DNA of 64,000 nt, taken from assembly GCA_963693365.1 (NCBI GenBank), contig CAVNZM010000001.1, forward strand, positions 20,406,125-20,470,124. The letters run 5' to 3'. The notes under the pieces are model-generated. The model ran no database searches, was not told the DNA's origin, and saw only the letters and a list, made by a program, of their open reading frames with translations. Origin of the DNA: Amoebidium appalachense. Taxonomy: Eukaryota; Protista; Ichthyosporea. Position 1 is the first letter of the stretch. The number at the start of each line of letters is the position of its first letter. The position numbers and the translations under genes were made by a program. Below are positions 60,853 through 64,000 of this stretch, piece by piece.

Positions 60853-62597
60853 CTTGTCACACTTGCATGCACATGCACAGAGGGTGTGTTTGGTGCCCCC
60901 CTAGACCCCCACATCCAGGAGATTTTCAACTTCTTTGACATTGATGAGGACGGCCTGATCGACTTCAGAGACTTTTGCATTGCCCTGCTCTCATGCAGTC
61001 CAAAGGCCTCCACAGATGATAGGCTCGAGCTGGCCTTCCAGGTCAAACTACCCCCCCCCCCACACCAACCCCCCCCCCCCCCCCCCCTCCCCGTCTTTCC
61101 CCCTGAACCATGACCACCACCCACGCGTATTTGCTTCCTGTTTCCCCCTCCACCTACACCAATAATGCAGGAATCCCATACCCGCGACAAACATTTTTAA
61201 CGCACACACCACCACCCACCCCTACCATGGCCCGCCAAACTTTTGTGTGCAGCACCTTAAACCCCCCTCCCCCAGCCATTTCAGTTTCTAATTATTATAA
61301 GTCGAAGATGGTGGGGCGGGCGGGCGGGCAAGAGGAGGGGGGGGGAAAGCGGGGGGGGGGGGGGGGGGGGAGGGTCGGGTGTCGATTGCCGGGTGTTAGT
61401 GTGAAAGGAGTAGTGCATCGTTTTGTGCATGGGCAGGTCTCTATCCCCATCTAACCGTGTGGGCCCATGTTACCTACCACAGATTTACGACCAGAGCCAC
61501 CAGGGCACCATTGGCCGGGCAGACCTGCGGCGCATCCTATTGGGCGCCAGTACCATGGGGTCCTCGGTCACGGCCGCAAGGATAGACACATTCCTCGATG
61601 CAAACGGCGTGAGGGAGGACAGCAAGATCGACCTGGAGGAGGTGGGCCATGGCACACACACACGGACATGCGTGCCTGTGCACGGGCACGGGCACTTGCA
61701 CATGCTGAAGTCAGCTTGGGCACACACACACACACACCTGCTAAGTGCCGGCCATCAACTATCGATCTTTGGGCACTGTGCGGTAGCATAGCAAGGAGAT
61801 ATTTGTAGAAGGAATAGAGTTAGATAATGTGTGGGTGCACATTACTAACTACATGCATGTGGGGTGCTACGTGTGCCTAAGCTGGGTGGGGTGCAGTTTA
61901 AGTGCATGGCGGCAAGAGACGACCGGCTGACCACCACCGCCCTGAGCCACATCAACGAGGCATATGCCGCCAACCAGGTACTATTGTGTGTGCAACGTTC
62001 AAATTGGACATGGTCTGAACCGTGCCCCTGTCTAGGCGTGCCTATGGGTGTGTTTGGATGTTGCTGACTGCTCCTGGCAGTGCTTGCGGGGCAAAATCCT
62101 TCGGTTGTCTTTTTGAAACACCTGTCTTTGGCATGAGATACAAGCTTGGCCACCCCACCCCCCACCCACCCCCCACCCCCCACCCCCCCTTAACCAACCA
62201 ACCACCATCACCCCCCCTTTTTTTTTTAACCAACTAACCAACCACCACCAACCCACTCATCCATTCCTCCCTCCCCCCCCCCCCCCCCCCCCCCCTTTTC
62301 TCTCCCTCCCCCATACACACACATGCACAACACACCCATGCCGGCACTTGCACACACACACACACGCACACACACACACAAATACACACGCGCGTGCGCG
62401 CGCGCGCACACACACACACACTCACTCACACTCACACGCAGAGGCGGCCAACTGTGTTCTTCCCCTTCCATACGCCGCACCTTGGGCTGCGTCTGTCACG
62501 CATGTCATCGGCCATGTCTACACCCTCTCTCAGCACCCTCCCACGCATGTCAGAAGAAGAAATAGCAACCTCGGCACCAGTAGACTCAAAGGTGTGA
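51409..62597 (+). CDS. LPCAT: Lysophospholipid acyltransferase (LPCAT1/2-like) with an N-terminal ABCB6/MRP-type TMD0 and C-terminal EF-hands, 16 exons, about 736 aa
   Basis: Exons 51409-51584 (two 1-nt homopolymer fixes needed), 51727-51998, 52427-52777, 54614-54701, 55237-55385, 56046-56178, 56632-56757, 57426-57464, 58073-58168, 58982-59058, 59320-59371, 60222-60318, 60881-61041, 61483-61641, 61897-61977, 62442-62597. Acyltransferase motifs NHVAVFD, FVER, LIFPEGTT, FKKGAFVPGVPVQP and EFLPPYIPSEEERADPILYANNVR. EF-hands DIDEDGLIDFRD and DQSHQGTIGRAD. Confidence 0.9.
52125..52265 (+). repeat. Copy of the 140-bp intronic repeat in LPCAT intron 2
   Basis: Aligns over its full length with 33840-33985. 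Confidence 0.85.
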
Positions 62598-63027
62598 GGA
62601 TGTGCACGCGTGTGTGTGTGGTTTTTGCTTGTTCCCTGAATTTTGTATTGTCGGCTCGTAATACATGCGCGAAGAAATGGTACCCAGCTGTGACTAAGGC
62701 TCTAGTTATATCGGTAGAAAACGATATGTAATCAATGATAGTATAATGAGGAGCAATATATGCGCTAGTTATGAAGCAACGCGGAGAGATTTAGCCGGCA
62801 AGGCTGTTTCCTTTCTCTGTCATTCTGGATCAGGACTTTAGGGTATTTGTGATGTTTGTCATTTTTCTGTTACAGCAGTATAACTTCGATAGAGATGCTT
62901 AGGATTGCCGTATAACGTACACCACATAGAGTCTCTGTTTGTCCAGACTAAGAGCTGGGTGCCCCCTATTGATGAATTTGCATGTATGTTAAGAGTGGAA
63001 TGATTGGTGCCACGAAAGAGGGGGAGG

Positions 63028-63065
<38 letters not shown>

Positions 63066-64000
63066 TAGATTGGCGAGAGTAAGAGATGGAGGTCGGGCAC
63101 GCTGACAGGTATCTCATGGACACAAAAGCATAGTTTTAGCGTTAGCTTATATTACATAGAACGAAAAGAAGTGTCACGGTCATAGTTAGATCTAGCTAAT
63201 AATGTTTAGTCTCTCTTCGTATTTAGTGGTACGGTAGCCTGTGTCTCGAAATAACGGACGTAGTAAAAAGCACCCGGCAATAAGGGTAGCACGCATATAA
63301 TTGAGAACCTGTTGCGGGTTCTGTAAACCAATATAGGCTATATTAAGCGCCGATGTCAAGAAAATAAGGCGTGTTTTTGCATCTGGCTTGATCGCTGTAC
63401 AATACCACGGGAATTGGACAACAATGGCCAAGAACATCCTGACAAAGCTGCCAGCAAGTGGATCCGGCTGCAAAGCCCAACCAGGGAGCCTTCTGCATGC
63501 ACTGCCGTGGCTAGTGCGCTCATAAACATGCATGTGTACATGTACCAATTGCAACATAATCCGTTCAGTATCAATGAACTTCTTGTCTGCATGCGGCATT
63601 GTGCATTCATTCTGCGACTTCAGGATGAGCATCATATAGGTATGTATATATACAAGTAGGAGACTCGGCGAAGGCTTCAATCATGGAACTGACGCCATAA
63701 TATGCAGCTGGGCTAGAACACTGAAGAATGCCATATTGGGTTGAAAATACGGCTGTGTGGGGGGGGTTTTGAGTGGTGGTTGTGGGGAGGGGGGGGGAGG
63801 TGGAGGTTGCCTTCCGAGATTCAACCCTCTGCTGATCATGGGACACGGGTTCACGTTTTTGCCAGCCCGGCACGGTGCGCAAGTTGCATGAGCATGCTTA
63901 CACGGAAGGTTCGTGCAGTACCAGGCGCTGGTGTTGGCACGAAAGCAGCATCTGTTGAGATTGGCACTTACTAAATTTGCCTTTTAGCTGCCGTACAAAC

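Noticed and set aside
63192-63974. Possible gene fragment at the window end
   Set aside because: No recognisable motifs, and no exon structure can be established within the window.

Overview
Eukaryotic genomic DNA that is intron-rich and uses the standard genetic code. Gene content and intron style suggest a unicellular holozoan such as an ichthyosporean; this is inference only. Introns and intergenic DNA are full of poly-G/poly-C runs and (CA)n/(CT)n microsatellites, so most entries in the ORF track are low-complexity noise. Manual splicing gives eight protein-coding genes: (1) an intronless CHK1-like kinase, (2) an intronless bacterial-type GH35 beta-galactosidase, (3) a 17-exon major vault protein (MVP), (4) a 5-exon V-ATPase subunit C, (5) a 3-exon proteasome-assembly-chaperone-like gene ending in an HbYX motif, (6) a 98-aa orphan ORF, (7) a NUDT17-like Nudix hydrolase, and (8) a 16-exon LPCAT-type acyltransferase with EF-hands. 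The most striking result is that gene 8 carries an N-terminal ABCB6/MRP-type TMD0 membrane domain, which normally belongs to ABC transporters, and ends in a PDZ-type tail. Several small repeat or MITE families, a decayed tRNA-like sequence and three apparent +1 homopolymer frameshifts are also present.
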